The notes: generated by a model from the sequence alone, not told the origin. Counted from the stretch's first letter, positions 1 to 10,381 are shown. The stretch is 64,000 nucleotides of DNA from Patescibacteria group bacterium (GCA_050953885.1 JBMNNJ010000001.1:143437-207436); one strand, 5' to 3'. Numbers and translations: made by a program.

Positions 1-300
1 TGAAAGGAGTCAGGATGACAGAAAAGCGTCAGAATGATGGTTGGGGGAGGCATCAGGATGACGATAGTCGTGCCGTCATTCCGGACTTGATCCGGAATCT
101 GTGTTATTGTCAGAAAACGCAGATCCTGACTTTCGTCAGGATGACGGTGAGAGAAATTAGGATGACGGTTATGGGAAGCATTAGGATGACGATAGCCGTG
201 CCGTCATTCCGGACTTGATCCGGAATCTGTGTTATTGCCAGAAAACGCAGATCCTGACTTTCGTCAGGATGACAGAAAAACGTCAGAATGACGGCGGGAG
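1..300. repeat. CGTC-type palindromic (REP-like) repeat cluster, cut by window start
   Basis: Alternating hairpins gatcctgactttcgtcaggatgac and cgtcattccggacttgatccggaatc with linker tgtgttattgccagaaaacgca. Confidence 0.95.
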
Positions 301-303
301 GAA

Positions 304-1539
304 TCAGGAATCTGCTTTTGCCAAAATAGAAACAACAAATTTTTGGTTTAAGAAAAAGCGCAAAATTTCTCCCAAAAGAAGGCTGGCGGCTCCTCCCAAG
401 ATACCAAACTTTTGCGACAAGATAATTGCCAAGAGAAAAACAAAAATAAAATGGCCCACGGCCCAAGGCAAAAACTGCTTGACGCGGGATGAATTTTCAA
501 TAATGTTGGCGGCAAGATAATTAAAAAACAAAAGAGGAAAGATAAGACCCAAAATTTTTAAGGAAGGCACCGCCGGCAGATAACGCTCTCCATAAACTAA
601 ATTAATAAAGAAATTACCGCCAAAAAGGAAAAAAACCAAAGGGATAAGGCCTAAGGCAATCACCAAGGCTCCCGCCCGAAGATAAATTTTGCCCAGTTTT
701 TTCTTATCGGTAAGCAGGAGACGGGAAAAAGCGGGGGCAAGAGCTAAAGAAATGGCTTGGGGGATTAAAACCCCGGCTTCTAAAAATTTGGAGATAGAGC
801 CATAAATGCCGGCCCAGTAATCGCCCATAGTTTGGCCAATGGTAATTAAAGGAATGCGCAGATAAAAATTGCCCATAATTACCAGAAGAGCAAAGAAGCG
901 GCATTCTTTCCAAACCAAAAGAGCCGTTTTTTTCTCAAATTTAGGCTTGAGGGGCAAATTTAATTTTTTTGCCCGAACAAGGAGACCCAAAACCGTTAAA
1001 AGCAAGGCCGCCAGATAGCTAACAAAAAGCCAAGGAACCCCTAAGCCACGTCGCACCGCCGCTATACCCAAGACGGCTCCTGATAATGAAAAGAAAATAT
1101 TTGCCCAGACACCGCTAAGCACCTCTTCGCGGGCGTTTTGGAAAGAAATAATGAGGTGGAAAATGTTTTGAGGGAAAAAAAGAAGCGAGAAGATAATTAA
1201 AGAGATTAGTTTTTCTCCCGAAAGGCCCATTAAGAAACCAAGAATAATAACTAAAAACAAAGTTAAAAATGCCAATATTGTCTTTAAACCCAAAAGATGG
1301 CGGAAATAATCTTCGGCTTTATCCAAATGGCGGGGTAGGTTTTTCAAAATGTAGCGTTCGATACCAAAGTCGGCCACGGGCAAAAAATTATAAACAAAAC
1401 CCAGCACCCAAGCGTAAATACCAAAATTTTCAACGCTAAGAGTGCGCGCTAAAAAAATAAAGTAAAAAAAGCCAATAAGCCGGCTTATCACTTGTCCCAA
1501 AAGCAGGTAAAAACCGTTTTTAGCAATTTTCTTCTCCAT
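304..1539 (-). CDS. Oligosaccharide flippase (Wzx/MATE-like)
   Basis: Multi-TM protein with N-terminal KKIAKNGFYLLLGQ..LARTLSVENFGIY..DFG typical of Polysacc_synt. Confidence 0.85.
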   Translation of the reverse strand: MEKKIAKNGFYLLLGQVISRLIGFFYFIFLARTLSVENFGIYAWVLGFVYNFLPVADFGIERYILKNLPRHLDKAEDYFRHLLGLKTILAFLTLFLVIILGFLMGLSGEKLISLIIFSLLFFPQNIFHLIISFQNAREEVLSGVWANIFFSLSGAVLGIAAVRRGLGVPWLFVSYLAALLLTVLGLLVRAKKLNLPLKPKFEKKTALLVWKECRFFALLVIMGNFYLRIPLITIGQTMGDYWAGIYGSISKFLEAGVLIPQAISLALAPAFSRLLLTDKKKLGKIYLRAGALVIALGLIPLVFFLFGGNFFINLVYGERYLPAVPSLKILGLIFPLLFFNYLAANIIENSSRVKQFLPWAVGHFIFVFLLAIILSQKFGILGGAASLLLGEILRFFLNQKFVVSILAKADS

Positions 1540-1886
1540 TAGATTTAATAATAGCAGAAAAAAATGAGGCGGTTAAATTTTACTCAGGCGTTAACCCTGG
1601 CATGGAAATTCTTGTTTGGCAAAATTGTTCTTGGAAAAATCAGCTGCCGTTTTAAGCAAAGAAGAGCTGGGTGATTTGGCCAAGCTTTTGGAGGGTTTTG
1701 AACAAAAGCTTACTTTAGAAAGTCGGGGAAAATATTGGGCCAAAGTGGCCCTTGACCAATATAAAAAGCTGATGCGATCAAGCCAGGGGAAAAAAAGTAA
1801 TGGATAACGCGTAACCAGTAACTCGTAACAATTAATAAGGAAATCACTTCGCAGGGGTAATATTTTTTCGTGCTACTATAAAATAA

Positions 1887-3524
1887 ATGGACAAAAAAAA
1901 GCTCCCTTTTTTAGTTCTGGTTATCTTTTTCGGCCTTTTCCTCTTTCAGACAATTGCCAATATCACCAGCATTCCCTTTGCCGATTATGACGAAGCCCAT
2001 CGTGCCGAAGGGGCGCGCAATATGCGGCAGGAAGGCTTCTATCTTTTTCCCCTTGTCGGCAGTCCTTATTATCAACAATCTTCTTTTTCTCTTTCTTATT
2101 CTCTTGACCAAACCAAAACTCTTTACGGCCAAACAAGCCGCCCCCCTTTGGTTTTTAATTTAATGGCCATTTCTTCCGGATTTTTTGGTGATGTTGAATG
2201 GGCCTATCGTTTGCCAAGCTTAATTTTTGGCATCGCTTCTTTTGGCGCCATTATCATTGCCGCTTACTTTTTGGCCAAGAAAAAACCTAATTTTTTTGCT
2301 CTGGCGGTAGCTCTTTTGGCGGCCTTTACCTCTTACGATTGGTGGCTTTCCTCGCAAATGGCTCATTTGGACACGGCCATTTCTCTTTTCACCGCCTTGG
2401 CTGTTTTTTTGCTTATCATTTTTGCCCAAGAAAAAAATAAAATCTTTTTATTTTTAAGCGGCTTTTTTTTAGCCTTGGCGATTCTTTCTAAAGGCCAGCC
2501 GGTGGTGATTTTTCTTTTTCCGTTAGTTTATCTTTTTTTCACCCGAAAGATAAACTTTAAAGAAGCGCTTCTTCTTGGCTTAACTGCCTTTTTGGTTCTT
2601 TTTCCCTGGATAGCCGCTTTTGACGCCACCCTTGGCTTTGGTTCCTGGTTTAAAACCTATTTTGAGGGTTATTTAAGCGCCCCTTCCGCCACCAAAATTG
2701 GCGGCGGCGACCCCACCCAGGCGGCACCAATTTTTTGGTATTTAAGATGGTGGTTTGACACATTGCGGCCGGGAGTTTTTTTGTTTGGAGCTTTTTTCTT
2801 GCTTGACTTAATCCAGAAAAGGCTTTCTTGGCAAAAAACTGCCCTGCTTTTTTATATTTTCGGCGGTTTTGGCTTTTTTTCTTATGCTAAAAGCAAGGTC
2901 TGGTGGTATGTTTTGCCGGTTTTGCCGGCGCTTGCCGTTTATCTTTATCTGGCGATCGCCGATTACCTAAAAGAGAGGAAGAACGGTTTAGTTAATCTTT
3001 CTTTAGCCCTTATTGTTGCCTCCTTGCCTCTTTTTCTTTGGCAAACCAACACCATTTCTTTAGCCTATGGCCTGATCACCACTTTAATTGTTTTCTTAAT
3101 CTTAAAACTGCCCCTTGCCAATTACTTGTCGCGTATTACCGATTACCGGTTTCCTGTTGCCAGTTACGTATTACGTATCACTCATTACTTTCTCTTCCCC
3201 CTTTCTTTCTTGCTGGGTCTTACTTTTTTCTTTTTCCGCTTTCCTGCTCCTCAGCCAATCCACTCTGAAACCAAAGATGTTGGCCAATTTTTCCAAAGCC
3301 TTTCCTATCCTAAGTGCTTATGGACAGAAGAGGATTTCCCCTATGAGGCGATTCTTTATTATTCCCGGGTGGGGGAATTAGACTATTTTGGCGAGGATAA
3401 ATCCCTAAAGTCGGATTGTCAAAACTATCTTGTCGCCAGCAAACCCCTCGAGGGCCAAAAAATTATTTATCAAAATGGCCCGGTAAGGTTGTATAAAATG
3501 GATAACGCCTCTTATTTGGACTAG
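1887..3524 (+). CDS. GT-C (ArnT/PMT-like) membrane glycosyltransferase
   Basis: DYDEAHR, RPPL, AYRLPS and ILSKG motifs; multi-TM. Confidence 0.85.
   Translation: MDKKKLPFLVLVIFFGLFLFQTIANITSIPFADYDEAHRAEGARNMRQEGFYLFPLVGSPYYQQSSFSLSYSLDQTKTLYGQTSRPPLVFNLMAISSGFFGDVEWAYRLPSLIFGIASFGAIIIAAYFLAKKKPNFFALAVALLAAFTSYDWWLSSQMAHLDTAISLFTALAVFLLIIFAQEKNKIFLFLSGFFLALAILSKGQPVVIFLFPLVYLFFTRKINFKEALLLGLTAFLVLFPWIAAFDATLGFGSWFKTYFEGYLSAPSATKIGGGDPTQAAPIFWYLRWWFDTLRPGVFLFGAFFLLDLIQKRLSWQKTALLFYIFGGFGFFSYAKSKVWWYVLPVLPALAVYLYLAIADYLKERKNGLVNLSLALIVASLPLFLWQTNTISLAYGLITTLIVFLILKLPLANYLSRITDYRFPVASYVLRITHYFLFPLSFLLGLTFFFFRFPAPQPIHSETKDVGQFFQSLSYPKCLWTEEDFPYEAILYYSRVGELDYFGEDKSLKSDCQNYLVASKPLEGQKIIYQNGPVRLYKMDNASYLD
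3115..3190. repeat. Degenerate heptamer (ttacNNN) array inside the GT-C gene
   Basis: attacttgtcgcgtattaccgattaccggtttcctgttgccagttacgtattacgtatcactcattac is the reverse of the gtaactN family. Confidence 0.7.
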
Positions 3525-3680
3525 TGCAATTTAACCGCGCGCCAAGCTTTATTTGAAATAAATATTGGAGTAGCGGAGTTTCCACCAGAGGCGGACAAGT
3601 ACTCCACGCCAATTTCTGGCGCAAACTAAAGTTTGCTACTCCAAAAAACACTGGATTAGCGGACTTAGCGTCCGCGCTCA
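3521..3680. repeat. GTAG-type REP-like palindromes
   Basis: ggagtagcggag..ttgctactcc and ggattagcggacttagcgtccgc; related to 4533-4557 and 63311-63372. Confidence 0.6.
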
Positions 3681-3759
3681 TCCCCCAAACTGTTGGCAAT
3701 AAACTCTAAGCACTGTTCCAACAGTTCTTTGGTATTATAGAAGACAATGATAACGGAAT

Positions 3760-4520
3760 AGAATCATCGTTTTTTTAAGGCTTCTCCGCAAACAGCGCAA
3801 TAATAGTTTTCCTCTGTTATTTTGGGAAGAGCAGTTTCGGAGCCTGCGCCTACACCCCTAGAACCTTTAAGATAAGTAAATGCGGTAATAAATCTTCTCT
3901 TAAATTTTTTCTGTCTTTACTATTTTCTCTGGTAATGGATTTTAGGTTGTTAATTAGCATTTTTTATATTGTTAATAACAACTTTTGAAATTGCCTCTTT
4001 TTTTCATATCCACAAAACAAATCTTCTTTTATATTTTTATAAACAAAACTCCCAAACCGTTTTTGTATTTCCGTGTTGATTTTCTCGTAATACTGGTCAG
4101 GGAGTGAATCATTTTGGGAATTAGTTATATTTTGCCAGCATATATTCAAGCGATAAAATGGGAGGGCTGGCGCAGATGGTTGGCTAAATATTCTTTATAA
4201 TTAGTGGGGTTTTTCCGGATTATTAATGTAGGGTTGAAAAACATACCAGCCCATTTTCAAATTAACTAAACAACCAGCATTAAGCAGTTTTTGAATCTTT
4301 TTATTGAGGTTATCACCCGTTTTACCAATAAGAATTTGGGCGGTTTTTTTTGTTAAACAACGCCAATTTTTCTAGGTTCTCTTGAGATTTTATTCCAGAT
4401 ATGCCATACATTATATCCCAATAATGAAATAAAAATGGTAAAAAGTCAAATTTTTGCAGATTTTTTCTGGCGCCATCAGTTGAATTACTATCAACAATAA
4501 TTATTTCATAGAAAAACGGT
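3760..4520 (-). pseudogene. Degraded fragments, including a GT2 N-terminal piece
   Basis: Fragment YEIIIVDSNSTDG followed by short broken frames. Confidence 0.45.
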
Positions 4521-4567
4521 TTAGTGTTATTTGGGGTAGCGGACTTTAGCCCATGCCTTTTTTCTCT

Positions 4568-4665
4568 CGTCATCCTGACGAAAGTCAGAATCTGGCCACA
4601 ATTACAAATGACTAATTACCAATTACCAATTACTTATTACTTATTACCTATTACTTATTATCAAT
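4568..4665. repeat. Single CGTC palindrome followed by a heptamer array (aattacc/tattact)
   Basis: cgtcatcctgacgaaagtcagaatc then attacaaatgactaattaccaattaccaattacttattactt. Confidence 0.85.
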
Positions 4666-4685
4666 TATGCTAAAATCTAAAAGCA

Positions 4686-5612
4686 ATGACTACCAAGCCC
4701 TATTTTTCCTTTATCGTGCCGGTTTATAACGAGCAAGACAATATTGTTCCGCTTCATAAAGAAATTGTTGCTGTTGCCAAAACCTTAAAAAAACCTTTTG
4801 AGATTATTTTTGTTGACGACGGCTCAAGCGATAAAACCTTAGAAAACTTAAAAAAGCTAACGCCAATTAAAATTTTGGTTTTGCGTAAAAACTCCGGCCA
4901 ATCGGCGGCTTTGGATGCCGGCATTAAGGCTTCGCAGGGAGAAATTCTAATAACAATGGACGGCGACGGTCAAAACGATCCGGCTGATGTGCCCAAGATG
5001 CTTGCCAAGCTTAATGGCTTTGACGCTGTTTGCGGCTGGCGCTATAAGCGCCAAGACCCTTTTTCCAAGCGCTTTATTTCCCGAGGCGCCCGTTTCCTAC
5101 GTTCTTTTTTGGTGGCCGATAAGGTTCATGATTCCGGCTGTACTTTGCGGGTTTGCAAAAGAGAGTGTTTTGAGGATTTGGATTTATACGGGGAGATGCA
5201 CCGAATGATTCCCGCCCTTTTGGTTTGGAACGGTTTTCGCTTAACCGAGGTAAAAGTAAATCATCGCCCCCGCACCAAAGGCAAAACTAAATATTCTTGG
5301 AAAAGAACCTTTAAGGGTTTTTTGGATATGCTTGATGTTTGGTTTTGGCGAAAATACCAATCGCGCCCCTTGCATCTTTTTGGCGGCGTCGGTTTAATTT
5401 TAATCTTTTTCTCTTTCCTCTTCGGCTTGTCTTTGATAATAAGAAGGGCTTTTTTTGGCTATTCCTTGGCCGACAAAATTTGGCCGCTGGTGGCGGTGAC
5501 CGGTTTTATCACCGGTATTCAGCTTTTAATCTTCGGCCTTCTGGCTAACCTGATTATTAAAACAGAAAAAAAGCATCATTTTTATCGTATTAAAGAGATT
5601 ATTAAAAAATGA
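4686..5612 (+). CDS. GT2 polyprenol-phosphate glycosyltransferase (ArnC/DPM-like)
   Basis: [24 protein letters not shown] motifs; two C-terminal TMs. Confidence 0.9.
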   Translation: MTTKPYFSFIVPVYNEQDNIVPLHKEIVAVAKTLKKPFEIIFVDDGSSDKTLENLKKLTPIKILVLRKNSGQSAALDAGIKASQGEILITMDGDGQNDPADVPKMLAKLNGFDAVCGWRYKRQDPFSKRFISRGARFLRSFLVADKVHDSGCTLRVCKRECFEDLDLYGEMHRMIPALLVWNGFRLTEVKVNHRPRTKGKTKYSWKRTFKGFLDMLDVWFWRKYQSRPLHLFGGVGLILIFFSFLFGLSLIIRRAFFGYSLADKIWPLVAVTGFITGIQLLIFGLLANLIIKTEKKHHFYRIKEIIKK

Positions 5613-6299
5613 AGTTTTTAGTTACCGGAAATGCCGGCTTTATCGGCTTTCATCTTACCAAGCGTCTTCTCGAGGAAGGCCAAGAAGTAGTGGGGGTGGA
5701 TAATTTAAATTCCTACTACGACCCGCAATTAAAAAAATCCCCTTCAGCGAGATGATGAAGATTAACAAGCCGATTTCCTTATACGCCGCCACCAAAACCG
5801 CCAACGAGCTTTATGCTCATATTTACCATCATCTTTATGGTTTTAATGCCATTGGCTTAAGGTTTTTTCCCGTTTATGACCCTTGGGCCGACCGGATATG
5901 ACCCTTTTTTTATTTACCAAAGCAATTTTAGAAGATAAGCCAATCAAAGTTTTTAACCAGGGCCAAATGAAGCGCGATTTTACCTATATCGACGATATTG
6001 TTGATGGGATAATGGCCTCTTTGAATAAAGTATCCGAACTTGGTTATGAAGTTTTTAACTTGGGTTGCGCCGACTCGGTTAATCTATTAGACTTTATTAA
6101 AACCATTGAGAAAAGCTTGGGCAAAAGAGCCAAAAAAGAATTTTTACCCCTTCAGCCCGGCGATGTGCCGGCCACCTTTGCCGATGTTTCCAAAGCCAAA
6201 AAACTCTTAGGCTATCAGCCTAAAGTTAAAGTTGAAGAAGGGGTAAGGAAGTTTGTTAACTGGTATCGACAGTATTACCAGGGGGCAGAGGGGAAATAA
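5609..6299 (+). pseudogene. NAD-dependent UDP-glucuronate 4-epimerase-like gene with internal deletion and frameshifts
   Basis: [25 protein letters not shown] jumps directly to PISLYAATK in another frame; a second shift precedes GRPDM. Confidence 0.85.
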
Positions 6300-6322
6300 T
6301 TCGTAACAGGTAACGGGTATCG

Positions 6323-6360
6323 CAGCCCCCGGAGTGGCGAAATTGCCCCTCCGGGGGTTG
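6323..6360. repeat. Hairpin related to the RAYT-flanking palindrome
   Basis: cagcccccggag..ctccgggggttg shares the core cccccggagt with 58843-58896. Confidence 0.6.
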
Positions 6361-6405
6361 TTGCTATATATGTCTTAGAAGTAAGGGAAGATTTTTAATT
6401 AACCC

Positions 6406-7110
6406 ATGAAAAAACTTTGGCAGGTTATTCTTGGCCTTTTGCTAGCGGCCTCTTTAGGGTTTAATTTTTATTTTCTTCGGGAAAAAGAAGCGCCTTTTCA
6501 GGATAAAGAAACCTTTAAGGTAGAAGAAGTGCTTGACGGCGACTCTTTTATTATCCCCCTTGACCAAACAATCCGTTTGGCAAACATCGACGCCCCGCCC
6601 CTGGAATTCTGTTTTGGCCGGGAGGCCAAGGAAGCTTTAGAAAAAATGATTTTAGGGAAAAATGTTAGAATTGAAAAAGTGGGCAAAGATAATTACAACC
6701 GCCTCCTTGCCTTGGTTTATTTAGATGATCAGTTTATTAATGAAATTTTACTAACAAACGGTTGGGCGAAATATGTTTCCGGAGGGAGCAATAATGAGAA
6801 GATAACAGATTTGCTTAAAGAAAAAGATCGGGAAGCAAAGGAGAATAAAAGAGGGGTTTGGAGCGAGGAATGTTACCAAAAAGAAAATCCGGTGGACCCC
6901 GCCTGCAACATTAAGGGCAATTTAGGCAAACACGAACACGGCGAGAAAAAAACTTATCATTATCCGGGTTGTTCGGAATATGAACGGACGGTGGTGGAGG
7001 CAGATTTAGGCGAGCGCTGGTTTTGCTCGGAAGAAGAAGCGATAAAGGCCGGTTTCACCAAATCGGAGCATTGCTTTAAAGAATACGAAAAGCCCGGTGG
7101 GAAGCAATAG
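6406..7110 (+). CDS. Membrane-anchored thermonuclease (SNase) with Cys-rich C-terminal domain
   Basis: LDGDS, IRLANIDAP, DNYNRLLA motifs; CNIKGN..YH..C..WFC. Confidence 0.9.
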   Translation: MKKLWQVILGLLLAASLGFNFYFLREKEAPFQDKETFKVEEVLDGDSFIIPLDQTIRLANIDAPPLEFCFGREAKEALEKMILGKNVRIEKVGKDNYNRLLALVYLDDQFINEILLTNGWAKYVSGGSNNEKITDLLKEKDREAKENKRGVWSEECYQKENPVDPACNIKGNLGKHEHGEKKTYHYPGCSEYERTVVEADLGERWFCSEEEAIKAGFTKSEHCFKEYEKPGGKQ

Positions 7111-7176
7111 CGTTTTCCTTTTACCAGAGTTGCGGGTTAGCCGTTACGGGCCGCAAAATCGTGTTAAAATAAATTT

Positions 7177-7491
7177 ATGAGCGCTCCCCAAAAACTGCCA
7201 AACCAGCTCAAACCTCTATTTTGATTCACCGACCCCGAAAGGCTGGATTTAAACAAAAATAAAGTTGATATTATTCACCAAGTTTTGGCCCTGGGATCGC
7301 TGGAAGATATCAAGCTTCTTTTTTCTCTTTATCCCCGCGAAGAAATTCGTCGGGTTTTCTTAAAAACCCCCCGCAATATTTATACCCCAAAAGGTTTTGA
7401 TTTTATTAAAAACTTTATTCTTAAGGAAAAAAAGCCTCTTTCTTTTAACCGTTATGCCAAAAATATACTTGGACCAGTCGCTCGACCTTGA
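7177..7491 (+). pseudogene. DUF6922-like antitoxin partner with an in-frame TGA
   Basis: MSAPQKLPNQLKPLF*FTDPERLDL..IIHQVLALG; TGA at 7222-7224 sits where Trp is expected. Confidence 0.7.
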
Positions 7492-7675
7492 AAGAAAAAA
7501 AACGCTTAAAATTCTCTCGCCACTTAAAAAGGAAGCTGTTTTGGGTGGGGGCACGGCTTTGGCTTTACAATTAGGCCACCGAAAATCTTTTGATTTTAAT
7601 CTTTTTTTAGACCGACCGATTAATAGCCCCTTTAAAAACAATGTTTTTAATCTCTTTGGAAATAACATTAATTAG
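7454..7675 (+). pseudogene. Truncated AbiEii-like nucleotidyltransferase
   Basis: LGGGTALALQLGHRKSFDFN then stop after ~73 aa. Confidence 0.8.
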
Positions 7676-7750
7676 AGGAGGGGCTGAAGAAAACAATAAA
7701 ATACTATCGCGAGACGCTTGAAGCGCTTGAGGCGTGATACATGTCTCAAA

Positions 7751-8473
7751 TTAACTAAATTTTTCAATTTCCTTAAGAAGCGGTTTGGGAAACTCTTTAA
7801 CTAAACCCCTCATACTGTAGGGCAAAAGGTGGGCAAGCTCTTTTTGAAAGTTTATTTGTTTTTTTTCTAAAAGCTCGGGAATGGGTAATAGTTTTTCCCT
7901 TAGCCCTGCCGGAATATAACCGCCTCTAAGTAAATAATAGATGTCAAAAAAATCCCGAGGCTTTGCCCTAGTCAACGCCGCTGATATTTTTTCTTCAATC
8001 AGAACCGTTTCTTCTAATAAATACACGGTGTAATTGGGAATAAAATCATTAACAATTAATACCACCTCTTTTTTAATATTTTTCTCTTTTCTTTGTGAGC
8101 CTTGGAAGGAGAGATTAACTCTTTCCTGGTGAATGCTTACCGCCAATTCGGCTAAATACCCTCCGGAAGTTTTCTTAGATTCAATAATTTGGGGTTGAAA
8201 ATTTTCTTTTTCCAGATCACCTAAGACTGAAAGAACCGTTTTTTCTATTTGGGGGAAAGTGATATCTTCTAAAGTAAAGTCCAAATCTTCGGAAAAACGA
8301 GGGCTTTGGTAGACAATTTTTAAGGCAGTGCCGCCTTTGAATAACATTTTTCGGCCATCTTTTTTCTGGTACAAGAAGCTTAAAAAAACATTTTGCGCAT
8401 ATTCGCGAAAAATGTTGTCGGGGGTGGTTTGATTTTTTCCCGCCAGCTTGAGCAAGTAATCTTTATTGAGCAT
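7751..8473 (-). CDS. abiEii: AbiEii nucleotidyltransferase toxin (type IV TA)
   Basis: FKGGTAL..RFSEDLDF, EKISA and KPRDFFD motifs. Confidence 0.9.
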   Translation of the reverse strand: MLNKDYLLKLAGKNQTTPDNIFREYAQNVFLSFLYQKKDGRKMLFKGGTALKIVYQSPRFSEDLDFTLEDITFPQIEKTVLSVLGDLEKENFQPQIIESKKTSGGYLAELAVSIHQERVNLSFQGSQRKEKNIKKEVVLIVNDFIPNYTVYLLEETVLIEEKISAALTRAKPRDFFDIYYLLRGGYIPAGLREKLLPIPELLEKKQINFQKELAHLLPYSMRGLVKEFPKPLLKEIEKFS

Positions 8474-9038
8474 ATTTTTTTACTAAATTTAATAATTTTT
8501 GGTTATTAAACATTTTGGCGTAGTCAACTAATTTTTCTTTTTTTATTTTCTTTAAATTAAGACGAGAGTTAATTTCTTTTTGTCCCAGGGCAACAAAATA
8601 TAAATAATCAGCCACGGCTTTTTCTACTTCGGCAATTAAGTAGTTTTCTTTTTTAAAATATCCCCCGAACGCTGTTTGTTTTATTTTTTGGTAACGATAT
8701 TCTTTTCCCTGGCAGATAAAACTTCTTGTGGGCTTTGGAGTAACAGAAATTATGGAATAAATTATTTCCGGGATAATACCATTTTGGGACAAAACAGTCT
8801 CCATACTGATATACGAGGGGTAATAGAGTTTGCCGGCCAGCTCGTAGCTATCGGGAGAATAATCTTTAAAGAAGTAATATCCCTTTTTGGGGTTAATAAC
8901 AAGATTTTTCTTTTTATATCTTTTAAGAATTGCCCGCGCGGCGTCGTAATTTAGGCCGCTAATTTCCTGAAAATCCTGCAAAGAAAAATAGTTAATCTTT
9001 TTGTTTTGGAATTTTTCTAAAATCTCTATGTACTTCAT
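8463..9038 (-). CDS. abiEi: AbiEi antitoxin
   Basis: N-terminal wHTH, PSYISMETVL and EKAVAD motifs; overlaps abiEii. Confidence 0.85.
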   Translation of the reverse strand: MKYIEILEKFQNKKINYFSLQDFQEISGLNYDAARAILKRYKKKNLVINPKKGYYFFKDYSPDSYELAGKLYYPSYISMETVLSQNGIIPEIIYSIISVTPKPTRSFICQGKEYRYQKIKQTAFGGYFKKENYLIAEVEKAVADYLYFVALGQKEINSRLNLKKIKKEKLVDYAKMFNNQKLLNLVKKYAQ

Positions 9039-9074
9039 TTCAGTAAAGATACTCTTTTATATCTTTACTGAAAT
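9037..9074. promoter_or_regulatory. Putative AbiEi autoregulatory operator
   Basis: Perfect 15-bp inverted repeat atttcagtaaagata-N8-tatctttactgaaat abutting the abiEi start. Confidence 0.7.
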
Positions 9075-9180
9075 AGTACTTAAACTATTCCCTTTTGTCA
9101 AGCGGCTTATTTACTGCCTATCCGGCAGGCAGGTCAGCAAGGACGGATAAACAGTCCCGCGCCAGTATTCTTGTTATCGG

Positions 9181-9236
9181 CATGATTTCATGATTTAATG
9201 ATCTTGTGTTCTTGTGATTTAATGATTTAATGATCC
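9181..9236. repeat. Octamer tandem (atgattta)
   Basis: catgatttcatgatttaatgatcttgtgttcttgtgatttaatgatttaatgatc. Confidence 0.75.
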
Positions 9237-9238
9237 CT

Positions 9239-10381
9239 ATGAAAATCTTAATGCTCAACTACGAATTCCCCCCCTTGGGCGGCGGGGCAGCTAACGCTAA
9301 CTATTATCTCTTGAAAGAATTTTCTAAAGATAAAGACTTAGAAATAGATGTTATCACCTCTTCTGTTGGCAGATTTGAAAAAAGCAAATTTTCTGAAAAC
9401 ATTAATCTTTATCGTTTAGATATAGGAAAAAATAAGGATAATCTTCATTATCAAACTAATAAAGATTTATTACTTTTTTCTCTAAAAGCTTTTAAAGAAT
9501 CTATAAAGTTAAATAAAAAGAATAATTACGATTTAATTCATGCCTGGTTTGGAATTCCCTGTGGTTTTATCGCAATGTTTCTTCACAAGCCGTTTTTGGT
9601 GGCCCTGAGGGGCTCTGATGTGCCATTTTATAACCCTAGATTTAGAGTAGTAGACAAATATTTTTTTAAATATTTAAGTAGAGTTATTTGGAAAAAATCG
9701 AGCTCCGTGGTAGCCAATTCAGAGGGCTTAAAAACATTGGCCAAAGAGACTTCTCCCAAGCAAAAAATAGCAGTCATTTACAATGGAGTTGATACTAATG
9801 AATTTTTGCCGGTAAACCGTAAAAAAGCAGGAAAAACTCTAAGGATAATTTTAGTGTCCAGATTAATAAAAAGAAAGGGAATAAATTATTTGCTTGACGC
9901 TTTAACCCAAATAAAGCAAGAAAATTTTCATTTGATGGTTATTGGCGATGGAAATCAAAGAGAGTATTTGGAAAAAATGGCCAAAGAAGCAGGCTTAGTT
10001 AATAAGGTTTCTTTCTTAGGATTGGTATCTCATAAAAGCATATCCCAATATTATTCTCAAAGCGACCTATTTATTTTGCCATCTTTAAATGAGGGTATGA
10101 GTAATACTGTTCTAGAAGCAATGGCTAGTGGTTTACCAATTATCACTACGAACGTTGGCGGATCAAAAGAACTAATTAAGGGCAACGGCTTTGTTGTTAA
10201 TCCCCGTTCCTCAGAAGAGATATTAGACGCAATTAGAAAATATCTTGCCGACCCAAGTCTTTTAACAAAACATGGCAAGGAATCAAGAAGAATAGCTGAA
10301 AGAATGAGTTGGGAAAACGTAGCCAAAGATTATAAAAATCTCTATAATTCGCTTTTAAAAAACATAAATGAAAGTAGATAA
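9239..10381 (+). CDS. GT4 glycosyltransferase
   Basis: YEFPPLGGG and EGMSNTVLEAMASGLP motifs. Confidence 0.92.
   Translation: MKILMLNYEFPPLGGGAANANYYLLKEFSKDKDLEIDVITSSVGRFEKSKFSENINLYRLDIGKNKDNLHYQTNKDLLLFSLKAFKESIKLNKKNNYDLIHAWFGIPCGFIAMFLHKPFLVALRGSDVPFYNPRFRVVDKYFFKYLSRVIWKKSSSVVANSEGLKTLAKETSPKQKIAVIYNGVDTNEFLPVNRKKAGKTLRIILVSRLIKRKGINYLLDALTQIKQENFHLMVIGDGNQREYLEKMAKEAGLVNKVSFLGLVSHKSISQYYSQSDLFILPSLNEGMSNTVLEAMASGLPIITTNVGGSKELIKGNGFVVNPRSSEEILDAIRKYLADPSLLTKHGKESRRIAERMSWENVAKDYKNLYNSLLKNINESR

Noticed and set aside
15-520. ORFs in repeat DNA (also 23171-23818, 23957-24283, 28477-28671, 43563-43943)
   Set aside because: These are translations of repeats or shadow frames.
1616-1807. 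63-aa ORF
   Set aside because: TTG start and no recognisable motif; cannot be supported.
7222-7224. TGA recoding (genetic code 4 or 25)
   Set aside because: Many intact genes end in TGA and the partner gene is also broken, so this is a simple nonsense mutation.
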